Source of the DNA: a virus
DNA: 64,000 bases
Reading direction: 5' to 3' (one strand)
IMG/VR virus record: IMGVR_UViG_2878651225_000003
The first letter of the stretch is position 1. Each line of letters starts with the position of its first letter. Below the pieces are notes generated by a model. The model was given only the letters and a program-made list of their open reading frames with translations, was not told where the DNA came from and did no database searches. The position numbers and the translations under genes were made by a program. Of the stretch, positions 46,275 to 56,793 are shown in pieces.

Positions 46275-47721
46275 TAAAGATCTAACTCAAGCAACAAAAT
46301 TAGAATGTGAGCTTGATGGTCTTTACTTCGCCCGCTATTTTTTTAAGCAGCGAACAGGTGGCAAGATGATCATCAACGGTCATCATAAAATAATCAACGA
46401 AACCCTACAGAGAGTGATCGATGGTGAGATTCAGCGGCTTATTATTAACATTCCGCCGGGCTACACAAAAACGGAACTTGCTTCTATAAGCTTTATCGCA
46501 AGAGGTTTGGCGCTAAATCCGAAATCAAGATTCTTACATCTGTCATACTCACACAACCTTGCGTTGCTTAACTCGTCCGTTGCGCGTGGAATTATCAAAT
46601 CATCAGCTTATCAGTCCATGTGGCCGCTGACACTAAAAGATGATTCCGACAGTAAAGCGATGTGGTGGACTACACAGGGCGGCGGTGTATACGCCTCATC
46701 AGCGGCAGGTCAGGTAACGGGTTTTCGTGCTGGGCATATGGAATCTGGCTTTACTGGCGCATTACTTATAGATGACCCAGTTAAGCCCGATGACGCTTAT
46801 TCTGACGTGGTGCGTGACGGCGTAAACAACCGATTCAACGAAACAATCAAGTCACGGCTTGCGATTGAGACTGTGCCGATTATCGTCATCATGCAGCGCA
46901 TACATTATCACGATCTGAGCGGATATTTGTTGCGAGGAGGCAGCGGTGAGCAATGGCACCACTTAAATTTACCGGTGCTTATCGACAAGTCATTGCCTTA
47001 CCCCGAAGAAAATACACACGGCATACCGATCAATCATAACTTACCGGACGGCTGGCTGTGGGAAGCGAAGCATAATGAATCACACCGCATAGCATTGTTT
47101 TCACACCGCAGAACAGCGGAAGCGCAGTATATGCAAGCACCTAAGCGGTTTAATGCGGAGGGTGCGCTATGGAGTGAGGTGATGATTAATTTTGCTAAGT
47201 CGCTAAAAATCATTATTGATAAAGTCCGCACGGTGGTGGCTGTTGATCCGCAAGCGACAAATTCTGAAGAAAGTGACGAATCAGGCGTAGCTGTAGCGAG
47301 TTGTTATGGTTACGGTGATCAACGCATGTATTCAGTAGACGGCGACTATTCCGGACGCTACAGCCCGAAAGGTTGGGCAGATAAAGCAATCAAGGCTTAT
47401 CACGATCATGATGCTGACGCAATTGTGATTGAGACGAATCAGGGTGGCGATATGGCAGTCGATACGCTACGCAATGCGGGCTTTAAGGGGCGCATTATCC
47501 GCATACACGCTAATAAGAGCAAGTATGCACGAGCAGAGCCAATTTCGGCGTTATATGAGCTTGGCAAAGTGGCGCACAACGGAAATCTTTACTCGCTGGA
47601 AAATCAGATGATGGAATATGTCCCGGCAATTTCTAAAAAATCGCCCGACAGGCTGGACGCAGCCGTTTACGCATTAACCGAGCTATATCAGCCAGTAGCA
47701 GAGGGTATTTTCTTTTCATAA
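46264..47721 (+). CDS. terminase large subunit
   Basis: 485 aa with an N-terminal ATPase (…IINIPPGYTKTE…LLIDDP…) and a C-terminal nuclease. Confidence 0.85.
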   Translation: MIADKDLTQATKLECELDGLYFARYFFKQRTGGKMIINGHHKIINETLQRVIDGEIQRLIINIPPGYTKTELASISFIARGLALNPKSRFLHLSYSHNLALLNSSVARGIIKSSAYQSMWPLTLKDDSDSKAMWWTTQGGGVYASSAAGQVTGFRAGHMESGFTGALLIDDPVKPDDAYSDVVRDGVNNRFNETIKSRLAIETVPIIVIMQRIHYHDLSGYLLRGGSGEQWHHLNLPVLIDKSLPYPEENTHGIPINHNLPDGWLWEAKHNESHRIALFSHRRTAEAQYMQAPKRFNAEGALWSEVMINFAKSLKIIIDKVRTVVAVDPQATNSEESDESGVAVASCYGYGDQRMYSVDGDYSGRYSPKGWADKAIKAYHDHDADAIVIETNQGGDMAVDTLRNAGFKGRIIRIHANKSKYARAEPISALYELGKVAHNGNLYSLENQMMEYVPAISKKSPDRLDAAVYALTELYQPVAEGIFFS

Positions 47722-47730
47722 GGCAGAAAA

Positions 47731-49170
47731 ATGGAACAGACAATCGAAATAAATCAACTTGCTGAAATTATGGTAAATAGCGCAATGGGTGATAATCGGG
47801 CTAAATATTTATCCGGCTTGGGGGTAATTGACGGCAATACAAAACGGGTCAAACTGTATGACGAGTTTGGCTATCCTAAAGACTTGGCGTTCGATCATTA
47901 CTACAAAGCCTATAATCGCATTGCGCCCGCTTATGCCGCCGTGCATAGGGTGCTTGATAAATGCTGGTCGGACCTACCCGTAATTATTGACGGCGAAAAG
48001 GACGAGGAGGCAAAAACGACATCGCAATGGGAGCAGTCAGTAACTAAGCTGCTTAAAAAGCATATCGGCAAAATCAAGGACGCGGATCGGCGTAATCTGA
48101 TAGGAAACTATAGCGCACTCATTTTACAGTTGAGAGACGGCAAGCAATGGCAAGAGCCTGTCGATGACCTGTCGCTAAAAACCCTAAAGGAAAACGGATT
48201 AGTTAAGCTGATTCCGGCATGGCAAAAGCAATTAATCCCGATTGAGTGGCAAACGGACGAAACGGCGGAGGATTATGGCGAGCCGATATTTTATCAGTTT
48301 AATGAATCGGAAGTCGGCAACGACAATAAGCAGCGTAGCGTTAAAATCCATAAAAGCAGAATCATTATTTTTAGCGAGGGGACGGAAGACAGTGATCCGA
48401 ATAGTGGCGTGTCATTACTCAATTCGGGCTATAACAAGTTGCTTGACCTCGAAAAAGTGTCTGGCGGCAGCGCCGAGGGTTTCTTGAAAAATGCCAGTCG
48501 TCAGCTTGGAATCAATTTTTCCAAGGAAACCAATATCCAGCATATCATTGACGCAGCCAAAGAAAAGGGTTATAGCGGTTTGGCTGAGGCGCTTAATGCA
48601 CAGCTTAAAAAGCTCAATTCCGGTACCGATTCAGCGTTAGTCATGCAAGAGGGACAGGCGAGCGTATTGTCAGTAGCGCCTGCCGATCCTGTTCCCAGTT
48701 GGACGGTGGCAGCAAATGAGTTTGCGGCATCGGTACAAATTCCATTTACGATTTTATTCGGGCAGCAAACAGGGCGATTAGCCAGTGACGAGGACAAGGC
48801 AGACTGGGCTAACCGTTGTAATGCTCGGCGCAATGGCTTTTTATCCGATGTTATCGTTGAGCTTTTAAATCGACTGGTGCAATTCGGTATTGTCGATAAG
48901 CCGCAATCAAGCGAAATTACAGTGATGTGGTCGGATTTGTTAGCGCCGAGCGAAAAAGAAAAGATTGCGAATGCTAAGGAGTTGGCAACGGTAGCAGAAT
49001 CAACTTTGCGCGCCTATGGTGTTGCGGCGGTTGAGCCAAACGAAATCAGGGCAGCAATGGAGCTTGAACCGCTATCAGAACAGGATTTAGTACCGCCTGA
49101 AATCGGCGAAAAAGAGGCGGAAGACGATGAAGAAGAAAGCAAATCGAAATCCGATATTACCGCGCAATAA
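47731..49170 (+). CDS. portal protein
   Basis: 479 aa with an acidic C-terminus. Lies between TerL and the head-morphogenesis gene. Confidence 0.7.
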   Translation: MEQTIEINQLAEIMVNSAMGDNRAKYLSGLGVIDGNTKRVKLYDEFGYPKDLAFDHYYKAYNRIAPAYAAVHRVLDKCWSDLPVIIDGEKDEEAKTTSQWEQSVTKLLKKHIGKIKDADRRNLIGNYSALILQLRDGKQWQEPVDDLSLKTLKENGLVKLIPAWQKQLIPIEWQTDETAEDYGEPIFYQFNESEVGNDNKQRSVKIHKSRIIIFSEGTEDSDPNSGVSLLNSGYNKLLDLEKVSGGSAEGFLKNASRQLGINFSKETNIQHIIDAAKEKGYSGLAEALNAQLKKLNSGTDSALVMQEGQASVLSVAPADPVPSWTVAANEFAASVQIPFTILFGQQTGRLASDEDKADWANRCNARRNGFLSDVIVELLNRLVQFGIVDKPQSSEITVMWSDLLAPSEKEKIANAKELATVAESTLRAYGVAAVEPNEIRAAMELEPLSEQDLVPPEIGEKEAEDDEEESKSKSDITAQ

Positions 49171-50119
49171 AGCCGATCCGGTAGGTATGGGGCGGCAGGT
49201 CAAAAAGCTGTTTGATGATATTGAGCGGCGGTATCAAGGGATTTATGCCGCACTTAAAAAGTTGATCAGCTCTAAATTGCGCGAAAAAACGGTAAACGCA
49301 GAAAGTCAGCGATCGGCGATAGTCTGCCGTGAATTTACGCCCGAACCGATGATTTACTTTGTGAATGCCGGTGCCGCTGATTACGATATGACACCGGAAG
49401 AGTTTGCGCACTTTACCGACGAAGTGCAAACCATACTCGAAGATTGGCTACTTGACGAGGATTCATCGAGTGCATTCTGGGCTGATGTTTATCTTGATGA
49501 GGCGCAAAAGCAAGCAACGGTATCAGTGCAGTCGTCATTGGCGCAGCAGTCAGAGCTTTACGCTTTAAACCGTCCTTTGCATACGGTTATCTTTAGCGAG
49601 GCTTATATGGGGCGGCTAGCAATTGCACAGCAGCTTTTTTATGAATCGTGGCGAGGGCTGACAGCGCAAACCAAAGCGGATTTAGTTCACACCATCAGCG
49701 AGGCGGTGGCGCGCGGCACAAATATACGAGAGACGGCAGAGATAATCAGCAAGCGGTTAGATGTATCCATGGCAAGAGCGAAAAGCATGGCGCAAACTGA
49801 GCAGCTGTCAGTTTATCGCCGGGCGGAATGGGCGGAAGCGCGTGAGATTAAAGATGAACTCGGACTTGATGCCCGAATCTTGCATATCTCAGCACTGAAA
49901 AATACTACAAGGCGACACCACGCAAGCCGACATGGACGGATTTTCACGGTCGATGAACAAGAGGCATGGTATCGGCAAGGCGGCAACCGTTTTAACTGTT
50001 ACTGTAAATCACAAGTCGTTATTCATGGCGATACACCGCAATCTACTTTAGACACCTACGCCAAAGAGCGTAAAAAATGGCTTAACATCACTAAGAGGAA
50101 ATCACAGCATGAAGCGTAA
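49127..50119 (+). CDS. head morphogenesis protein (SPP1 gp7 / Mu F-like)
   Basis: …RRAEWAEAREIKDELGLDARILHISALKNTTRRHHASRHGRIF… (Mu_F motif). Confidence 0.65.
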   Translation: MKKKANRNPILPRNKADPVGMGRQVKKLFDDIERRYQGIYAALKKLISSKLREKTVNAESQRSAIVCREFTPEPMIYFVNAGAADYDMTPEEFAHFTDEVQTILEDWLLDEDSSSAFWADVYLDEAQKQATVSVQSSLAQQSELYALNRPLHTVIFSEAYMGRLAIAQQLFYESWRGLTAQTKADLVHTISEAVARGTNIRETAEIISKRLDVSMARAKSMAQTEQLSVYRRAEWAEAREIKDELGLDARILHISALKNTTRRHHASRHGRIFTVDEQEAWYRQGGNRFNCYCKSQVVIHGDTPQSTLDTYAKERKKWLNITKRKSQHEA

Positions 50120-51461
50120 TAGCGTGAACGTGCTGTCGGTTATCAACTCCAAAAACATCACAACCGAAACGATAGACGGCGATGAACACATTGTCGTGCG
50201 CGATATTGTGCCCGTCGTTGACGACATTGTGATGAACAAAGGGTTATATCCGGCAGATGAGATCGATAAGGGCTACAACACACTGGACGGCAAGTTAATG
50301 CCGTTCGGACATCCGAAGATTGACGGCAAATATATTTCAGCCAATGAAGCAGTGGCGGTCAATAAATTTTATGTCGGCGCATGGTGCGTTAATGCCCGAA
50401 AAGAGGGCGATAAGGTGCTGATCGACATGAAAGTGAACAAGCGTATTGCAAACAGCAGCGAAAGCGGTCAGCGCTTGATTGAGCGGCTAGACGGACTTGT
50501 TACGAATCAAAGCGCAGAGCCTATCCATATTTCAACGGGGCTTAACTTGCAGCGCGAATATAAAACCGGACATTCAAAAGGCAAAAAATACGATTGGATC
50601 GCTACGAACATGCAGTTCGATCACGTTGCTATTTTGCTTGATGAACAAGGTGCCGCAACTCCTGATGACGGGGTGGGGATTTTTGTCAATAAGCAAGGCG
50701 AAGAATTGGCGGTTGAAACCGTTAATTTGGCAGAGGCGGCAGACTGCACGAAAGAGACGCTATTAGACAAAGTGCGGTTTTTCTTTTCTGCGAACTCAAA
50801 GCTGTCATTTAGCGAAATACACGATCGGCTTTATACCGCGTTGGGCGGTGGTGAGCCGTACAAGTGGATCGAATCTGTTTACCCTGACGAATTTATCTAC
50901 GAGGAGTCAGGCAAGCGATACAAGCAGAAGTACCTAATCGATGATAACGGGCAAGCAGTTTTTGCTGGTGTGCGCGTTGAAGTCGTTAAGAAAGTCGATT
51001 ATGACGAAATCAAAACCAATGGAGAAAACAACGTAATGAAAAACAAAATCTTATCAGCATTAAATGCCGCCGGTGTTACGGTCGAGGGTTTAGATGATGA
51101 TCAACTTTTAACGGCTTACAACGAGTTACAGGCGAAGCCGAAGAAAGAAGACAAAAAGCCCGAAGATGAACAAGACGACAAAAAACTTGATGAGAAGATC
51201 AAGAAAGCCGTCAACGAAGCATTAAAGCCAATTGCCGAACAGCTGCAAGCCAACGCAAATGCGGAACAAGCACAAATGCGTGAAGCGGTAAAAGCAAAAT
51301 TCGGCATGTCTGAAAGTGCGGTCAATGCACTGAACGGCGAGGCGCTAACTGAGCTTTATGCCAAAACACAAAGTACCGCACAGCTAAATCCTGCATTCAA
51401 AGGTAATACGGACGACGGCGAATGGAACGGTTACACACTGAACACAGAGGAGAATCAATAA
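50109..51461 (+). CDS. DUF2213-like phage protein (candidate scaffold or prohead protease)
   Basis: 450 aa with a Lys/Glu-rich coiled-coil C-terminus. Precedes the capsid gene. Confidence 0.4.
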   Translation: MKRNSVNVLSVINSKNITTETIDGDEHIVVRDIVPVVDDIVMNKGLYPADEIDKGYNTLDGKLMPFGHPKIDGKYISANEAVAVNKFYVGAWCVNARKEGDKVLIDMKVNKRIANSSESGQRLIERLDGLVTNQSAEPIHISTGLNLQREYKTGHSKGKKYDWIATNMQFDHVAILLDEQGAATPDDGVGIFVNKQGEELAVETVNLAEAADCTKETLLDKVRFFFSANSKLSFSEIHDRLYTALGGGEPYKWIESVYPDEFIYEESGKRYKQKYLIDDNGQAVFAGVRVEVVKKVDYDEIKTNGENNVMKNKILSALNAAGVTVEGLDDDQLLTAYNELQAKPKKEDKKPEDEQDDKKLDEKIKKAVNEALKPIAEQLQANANAEQAQMREAVKAKFGMSESAVNALNGEALTELYAKTQSTAQLNPAFKGNTDDGEWNGYTLNTEENQ

Positions 51462-51913
51462 TGTCAAATGTTATTTATCGCGGACCGGTAGAGCGTGAGC
51501 CGAAGACAATCAACTTACCGATTAAAGAGGCGTTGAAGCCCGGTACGGTTGTAAAAATTGTTGACGGCAAATTTGAGAAAGCAACTGACGCAAAAGGTCG
51601 CCGCTTTGTCTTGCAAAATAGCCGTTATTTGGGGCAAACAATCCATGACGCGTATAAGGCCGGTGAAACGGCAATTGCTTTCCGCCTTGAGCCAGAACAT
51701 GAGTATTTCTTGCAATTGAAAGATGGCGCTTACACGCACGGCCAAGAACTGACTATTGACACCGACGGCAAGTTAGCTCCGGCAACTGCCGAGGGTGATG
51801 TTGTGATGTTCTTCTTTGACGAAGCAAAAGGGCGCACTGTTACCGAAGCCTCTAGTAAGCATAAGGCGTTCGGCGATGTCGTTGTGGCGAATTTTTACAG
51901 CAAAAAAGCATAA
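51461..51913 (+). CDS. capsid-associated / decoration-like protein
   Basis: 150 aa. AGAGGAG RBS. The ATG overlaps the upstream stop codon. Confidence 0.35.
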   Translation: MSNVIYRGPVEREPKTINLPIKEALKPGTVVKIVDGKFEKATDAKGRRFVLQNSRYLGQTIHDAYKAGETAIAFRLEPEHEYFLQLKDGAYTHGQELTIDTDGKLAPATAEGDVVMFFFDEAKGRTVTEASSKHKAFGDVVVANFYSKKA

Positions 51914-51925
51914 GGAAGCTGAACA

Positions 51926-52918
51926 ATGTTGAAATTTACGAAAGAACAAGAAGCGTTCATCATCAATGAGCGTAAAAATTACGATCGCAAGCATGCGATT
52001 ATGGCGGCAAATACCGCAGGGCTGTTGGAGGGTAACGCGCTCACATTACCTAAGGATATTTGGGCAACATGGGATCGCGAAGCCGTGGCATTACAGCGTG
52101 AAGATTTGGTTATCTTTAATGATTTAGCCTCAATCTCAAAACCAATGCCGATCGGTAAGTTGGTTCACCACTTCATGACCGTAAGCGATAGTGGATCGGT
52201 CAACATCTCACTGGACGGACGCAGTTCGGCGAAAACCGATAATGTCGTTTACGACTACCACGGTACGCCATTGCCGATCATTGATTCGACTTTCTCCTAC
52301 GGCTGGCGCGATATGCACACTGCGCAAACCGAAGGATTTTCACCTGACGCGGCCGCACGCAATAACAGCTTGCGTCGTGTGGTTGAAAAAGTCGAAGATT
52401 TGGCACTGAACGGTGATAGCTCGATTGTTGTCGGTGATTCCAAACTGTACGGCTTGCGTACTGCGCCGCAGCGTATGACCGGCACGCATAGTTATACGCT
52501 AAAAACCGCGACACCGAAGCAGGTCTATGATGTGTTCCGTGACATCATCGAAAAATTCATTGCGAAGAAATTCACCGGTGCGGTTACGTTCTACGTTAAC
52601 TACTATGACTGGTTTCGCTGGAGTACTACCGATTTTTCAGAGCAAAAATCTGAGGGTAGTATTTTGACTAAAGTCATGGGCATTCCGGGCGTTGGCGCAA
52701 TCAAACCGTCTATGGCGGTTCCCGCTGATGAAATCTTAGGGATCATCAAGCGTTCAGATGTTTACCAAGTGCTAAACGGTATGCCGATTGTGACCCGTCC
52801 GATTGTGCGTCATAACGAAACTGATGATTACAGTTTCCGCATTATGACCGCTACTGCGATCGAGTTTAAATTCGATCACGAGGGTAACGCCGGTTATATC
52901 CAATACACCAAATCATAG
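51926..52918 (+). CDS. putative major capsid protein
   Basis: 330 aa. Based on position after the scaffold and decoration genes and before the connector. Confidence 0.5.
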   Translation: MLKFTKEQEAFIINERKNYDRKHAIMAANTAGLLEGNALTLPKDIWATWDREAVALQREDLVIFNDLASISKPMPIGKLVHHFMTVSDSGSVNISLDGRSSAKTDNVVYDYHGTPLPIIDSTFSYGWRDMHTAQTEGFSPDAAARNNSLRRVVEKVEDLALNGDSSIVVGDSKLYGLRTAPQRMTGTHSYTLKTATPKQVYDVFRDIIEKFIAKKFTGAVTFYVNYYDWFRWSTTDFSEQKSEGSILTKVMGIPGVGAIKPSMAVPADEILGIIKRSDVYQVLNGMPIVTRPIVRHNETDDYSFRIMTATAIEFKFDHEGNAGYIQYTKS

Positions 52919-52926
52919 GGGGCAGT

Positions 52927-53640
<714 letters not shown>

Positions 53641-53644
<4 letters not shown>

Positions 53645-53994
53645 TTATGTCAGATATGGCTAATTGGTCTTATACCGCCAAGGCGACTATTTGGCATACG
53701 CAAGGCGAGAATGACGAAACCGGAAAGGTTGAATTTTCCGCGCCAATCGTTATCACTTGTGATTATGGCGGCAGCAGTCGGATTGCGGCGGGTGATATAG
53801 GGCGTGAATTTGTCCGCAAAGATACTGTCTGGACGGAGTACGCCGAAGCCAAAAAAGGGGATTATCTCTTAATTGGCGAATCGACAGAAACTGATCCGCA
53901 TATTGCCGGCGCCGATGAGATTAAGCAAATTCTACGCTATGCCGATACTTTTAATCGGCAAGCAGATGATTATGCATTAATTACGGGGGCTTAA
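53641..53994 (+). CDS. head closure / adaptor candidate
   Basis: 117 aa. Position-based call. Confidence 0.35.
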
Positions 53995-54366
53995 ATGGCG
54001 ATCAAGGTATCCGGCATTAAAGAAACCAAACAGCGGTTATCGGCGCTTATCGGCGAGATTCAGGCGACAAGATCGGTTAGGGCAATCACAAGAGCAATAA
54101 CCATTGGCGCAATCAAAGCGGCTGAATATACGCCGATTGATACCAGTACGCTGATCAACAGCCAATATAAACAGGTCAGCAATAGAGGCACATTAGTTGT
54201 TGGGCATGTGGGGTACTCCGCTGAATACGCTATGGCTGTACACGATCCACGCATTAAGCAGACGTTTAGGCGTGCAACGGCTAAAAAAGAGTTCTTGAAA
54301 AAAGGCTTTGAGGATACGAAAGATGAGATGCAGGCAGCAATCAAAGAGGAGTTAGGCAAGCGATGA
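53995..54366 (+). CDS. HK97 gp10-family tail component
   Basis: MAIKVSGIKETKQRLSALIGEI… (gp10-like N-terminus). Confidence 0.55.
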   Translation: MAIKVSGIKETKQRLSALIGEIQATRSVRAITRAITIGAIKAAEYTPIDTSTLINSQYKQVSNRGTLVVGHVGYSAEYAMAVHDPRIKQTFRRATAKKEFLKKGFEDTKDEMQAAIKEELGKR

Positions 54367-54734
54367 ATTTGTTAACTGAGTTCAAAAACTGGTTATCCGC
54401 CTCAAAATTGCTGACCGGTTATCAAATCCAGCTCTATCAATGGCGCGATCGCGGTGAGAAAGTAAAAGCCTATGCGGTATTTATGCCTGACGGCGGCACA
54501 CCGATTCGGCAGGATTTAGGCGGAGAATCGTACATTACTTTAAACCTGATCGGCTCAGTGCAAACGGGTTATGACGCAATGCCGAAAGCACAAGAAATAA
54601 TTGATCACATTAAAGCCAATTCAAGCGCTGAATTTGGTTATGTAGAGAACATGGGGGCAATTCCGCGTCCAGTGTTCACGGAAGACAACAGAATCGTAGT
54701 GCCTTTGCAATTCCGCATTGTGCATGATAATTAA
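54363..54734 (+). CDS. tail completion / terminator candidate
   Basis: 123 aa. Position-based call. Confidence 0.35.
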   Translation: MNLLTEFKNWLSASKLLTGYQIQLYQWRDRGEKVKAYAVFMPDGGTPIRQDLGGESYITLNLIGSVQTGYDAMPKAQEIIDHIKANSSAEFGYVENMGAIPRPVFTEDNRIVVPLQFRIVHDN

Positions 54735-54748
54735 CAAGAGGGTAAATT

Positions 54749-55237
54749 ATGGCAGGTAAAGAAGATTTTGCTAAATTTGTCGGTCGTGCAACGGTGCTGC
54801 AATATGCAAAGACAGTAACCGGAGATGGTCCGACACCACAAGAAACAGACTGGAAAGCGGCGGGCGCAATCCGATCCAAAGGATTTGACTTTAGCCCAAA
54901 CACAGTAACATCGGAAGCAGATGACGCAGGCGGTTTTCCTGAATCGCTCGTCACCAATTCTGATTTTAGCATCAGCGTAGAGGGTGAGTCGCGCAAAAAA
55001 GATAAAACAGATGAATACGGCATTAACGCCCTGATCGATCTCTACGTCAAGGCAATCAATGAGCGTAAGCAGCCGACTATTTGGGTGCGATTAAAATATG
55101 GTGCTGTTACATTTGTCGGCTTTATGACAATCACCGCATTAAGCAGTGAAGCGGCAACGAATGACCTAGTGACGTTCTCAGCCGAGTTTAAAGTGGCTGA
55201 TTCAGAGAGTGTGACGATTACTACAACAGGCGCGTAG
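54749..55237 (+). CDS. major tail protein
   Basis: 162 aa. Lies immediately before the chaperone and tape measure. Confidence 0.55.
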   Translation: MAGKEDFAKFVGRATVLQYAKTVTGDGPTPQETDWKAAGAIRSKGFDFSPNTVTSEADDAGGFPESLVTNSDFSISVEGESRKKDKTDEYGINALIDLYVKAINERKQPTIWVRLKYGAVTFVGFMTITALSSEAATNDLVTFSAEFKVADSESVTITTTGA

Positions 55238-55289
55238 TAATTCCGAATAGCCCCGATCGTTTGGTTGGGGCTTTATTAATGGGGGAGCA

Positions 55290-55970
55290 ATGCAAGCGAA
55301 TCTGGCAATTGGTGAGTTTTCTATCACGCATGGCGGCAAAGATTACCTCTTTAGGCCATCATTAAAAAACATTTCTGCTATCGGCACTCCGCAAGAAATT
55401 GTCATAGCTTACTCGGTATTGAATGGCGGCGAGATCGCTAAGTTATTGCGTGATGTCGTTGAATTAAACCAGTGGGCGAAGCAGTATGCCGCTAAAACAG
55501 CACTTAGCCCAGTGTTTGGGCGCAATATATTAATGACCGCGGTCACGATTTTAACCTGTTGCTGTAGTGATGATGTAACCGCAATTACAGGCTATTACAA
55601 GCCGGGCGGCAAAGGTTTATTGTACTGTCCCGGCAAGCTGTCTATTAAAGATATTATCACGCTGGCTAGGCATTTAATCGATCACGGCATAATCGGTACG
55701 GTTGATTTAAGGCGTGATCAAAAAGATTCGGCAAAAGCAACGTACACGGCTGAATTTAACGCCGAAGAATACATCAGCGCCGCCCGTTGTCATTTCGGAT
55801 TGCCACGCATGGAGGCTGAAAACCTAACGATGACCGAATTTCAAATGCTGATCAAGGCAATGTACAAAGATAGTGATAAAAAAACCAATGGGGCAATCTT
55901 TACCGAAGACGAGTACGACCGAATCATGGCTGAATTTGAAGAAAGTCAAAATAAAATTTCGGATTTGTGA
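55290..55970 (+). CDS. tail assembly chaperone (gpG/GT-like) candidate
   Basis: 226 aa. Position-based call. Confidence 0.45.
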   Translation: MQANLAIGEFSITHGGKDYLFRPSLKNISAIGTPQEIVIAYSVLNGGEIAKLLRDVVELNQWAKQYAAKTALSPVFGRNILMTAVTILTCCCSDDVTAITGYYKPGGKGLLYCPGKLSIKDIITLARHLIDHGIIGTVDLRRDQKDSAKATYTAEFNAEEYISAARCHFGLPRMEAENLTMTEFQMLIKAMYKDSDKKTNGAIFTEDEYDRIMAEFEESQNKISDL

Positions 55971-56035
55971 TCTATATTGTTGAAAGTCAACCTGTTAGTT
56001 TGTAGCATTAGATCTTTTACAATATAAGGAATATT

Positions 56036-56503
56036 ATGAAAAAACTAATGTTAGTTAGCGTTTGCTTATTTTCTTTGAGCGCTTGTGTGCAATCTCCGTA
56101 CCAATCTGGAGTATGGCAAGATATTCAAAAATCAGCGGTGAATGTGCATAAAAATGAATTTGGTAATGATTTTGATGAATCTTTAGTTAAGAAAATTGTT
56201 AAAGGGAAGACAACGGAATCTCAATTAGTGTCAATGTTCGGTGAGCCTAATTTTAAAATGGTGATCAATGAAAAAGATACAAAATGGCAGTATTCACATA
56301 ATGTTATTTCAGTAGAATCACCAGCATATATCACAGGAAGTATACAGGATTATCAAAATAGCATTAAACAAAACTCAACATCTAAAACGCTGGATATTTT
56401 AGTTAGAAATGGAAAGGTTTTGAATTTTGCATTACAGAAATCAGACCCATCAATAAAAACAAAAGTTGAGAGTAAAATAGATATTGAAAAATTACAAAAA
56501 TAA
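56036..56503 (+). CDS. BamE/SmpA-OmlA-like outer-membrane lipoprotein (moron)
   Basis: MKKLMLVSVCLFSLSAC lipobox. …GKTTESQLVSMFGEP… (BamE motif). AT-rich. Followed by two plus-strand terminators at 56527-56558 and 56588-56625. Confidence 0.55.
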   Translation: MKKLMLVSVCLFSLSACVQSPYQSGVWQDIQKSAVNVHKNEFGNDFDESLVKKIVKGKTTESQLVSMFGEPNFKMVINEKDTKWQYSHNVISVESPAYITGSIQDYQNSIKQNSTSKTLDILVRNGKVLNFALQKSDPSIKTKVESKIDIEKLQK

Positions 56504-56539
56504 ATCCATTTGCTAGATGATAGTAAGTCTGCTATTTAA

Positions 56540-56698
56540 AAGCAGCCTTTTTCATATTCAATCCACAAATCAAGTATAAATTTTTGCTCGGCTAGGCTGC
56601 ATTGCTCTAGCCGATTTTCTTTTATCACACCCCACGCTGATTTAGCCATTTCGGTGGGAATGGTTGCGTATAAAAATCGTTCGAATGTCATAAATAAT
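56540..56698 (-). CDS. 52-aa hypothetical protein, convergent with the lipoprotein gene
   Basis: AAGGAG RBS followed by ATG. MTFERFLYATIPTEMAKSAWGVIKENRLEQCSLAEQKFILDLWIEYEKGCF. Confidence 0.35.
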
Positions 56699-56793
56699 CT
56701 CCTTTGTTGTGGTGCGCACTATAACGAAGTTGAGGCTATTTGTATTTTTGGCGGAATTATTTTTGGAATACAGATCGCAAAAAAGGAAATATT

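Noticed and set aside
55290-55970. Programmed -1 frameshift (G/GT) in the tail chaperone
   Set aside because: The only slippery-looking run (A7 at ~55881) gives a short -1 product. No extended T-frame overlapping the TMP start was seen, and the lipoprotein moron separates the genes.
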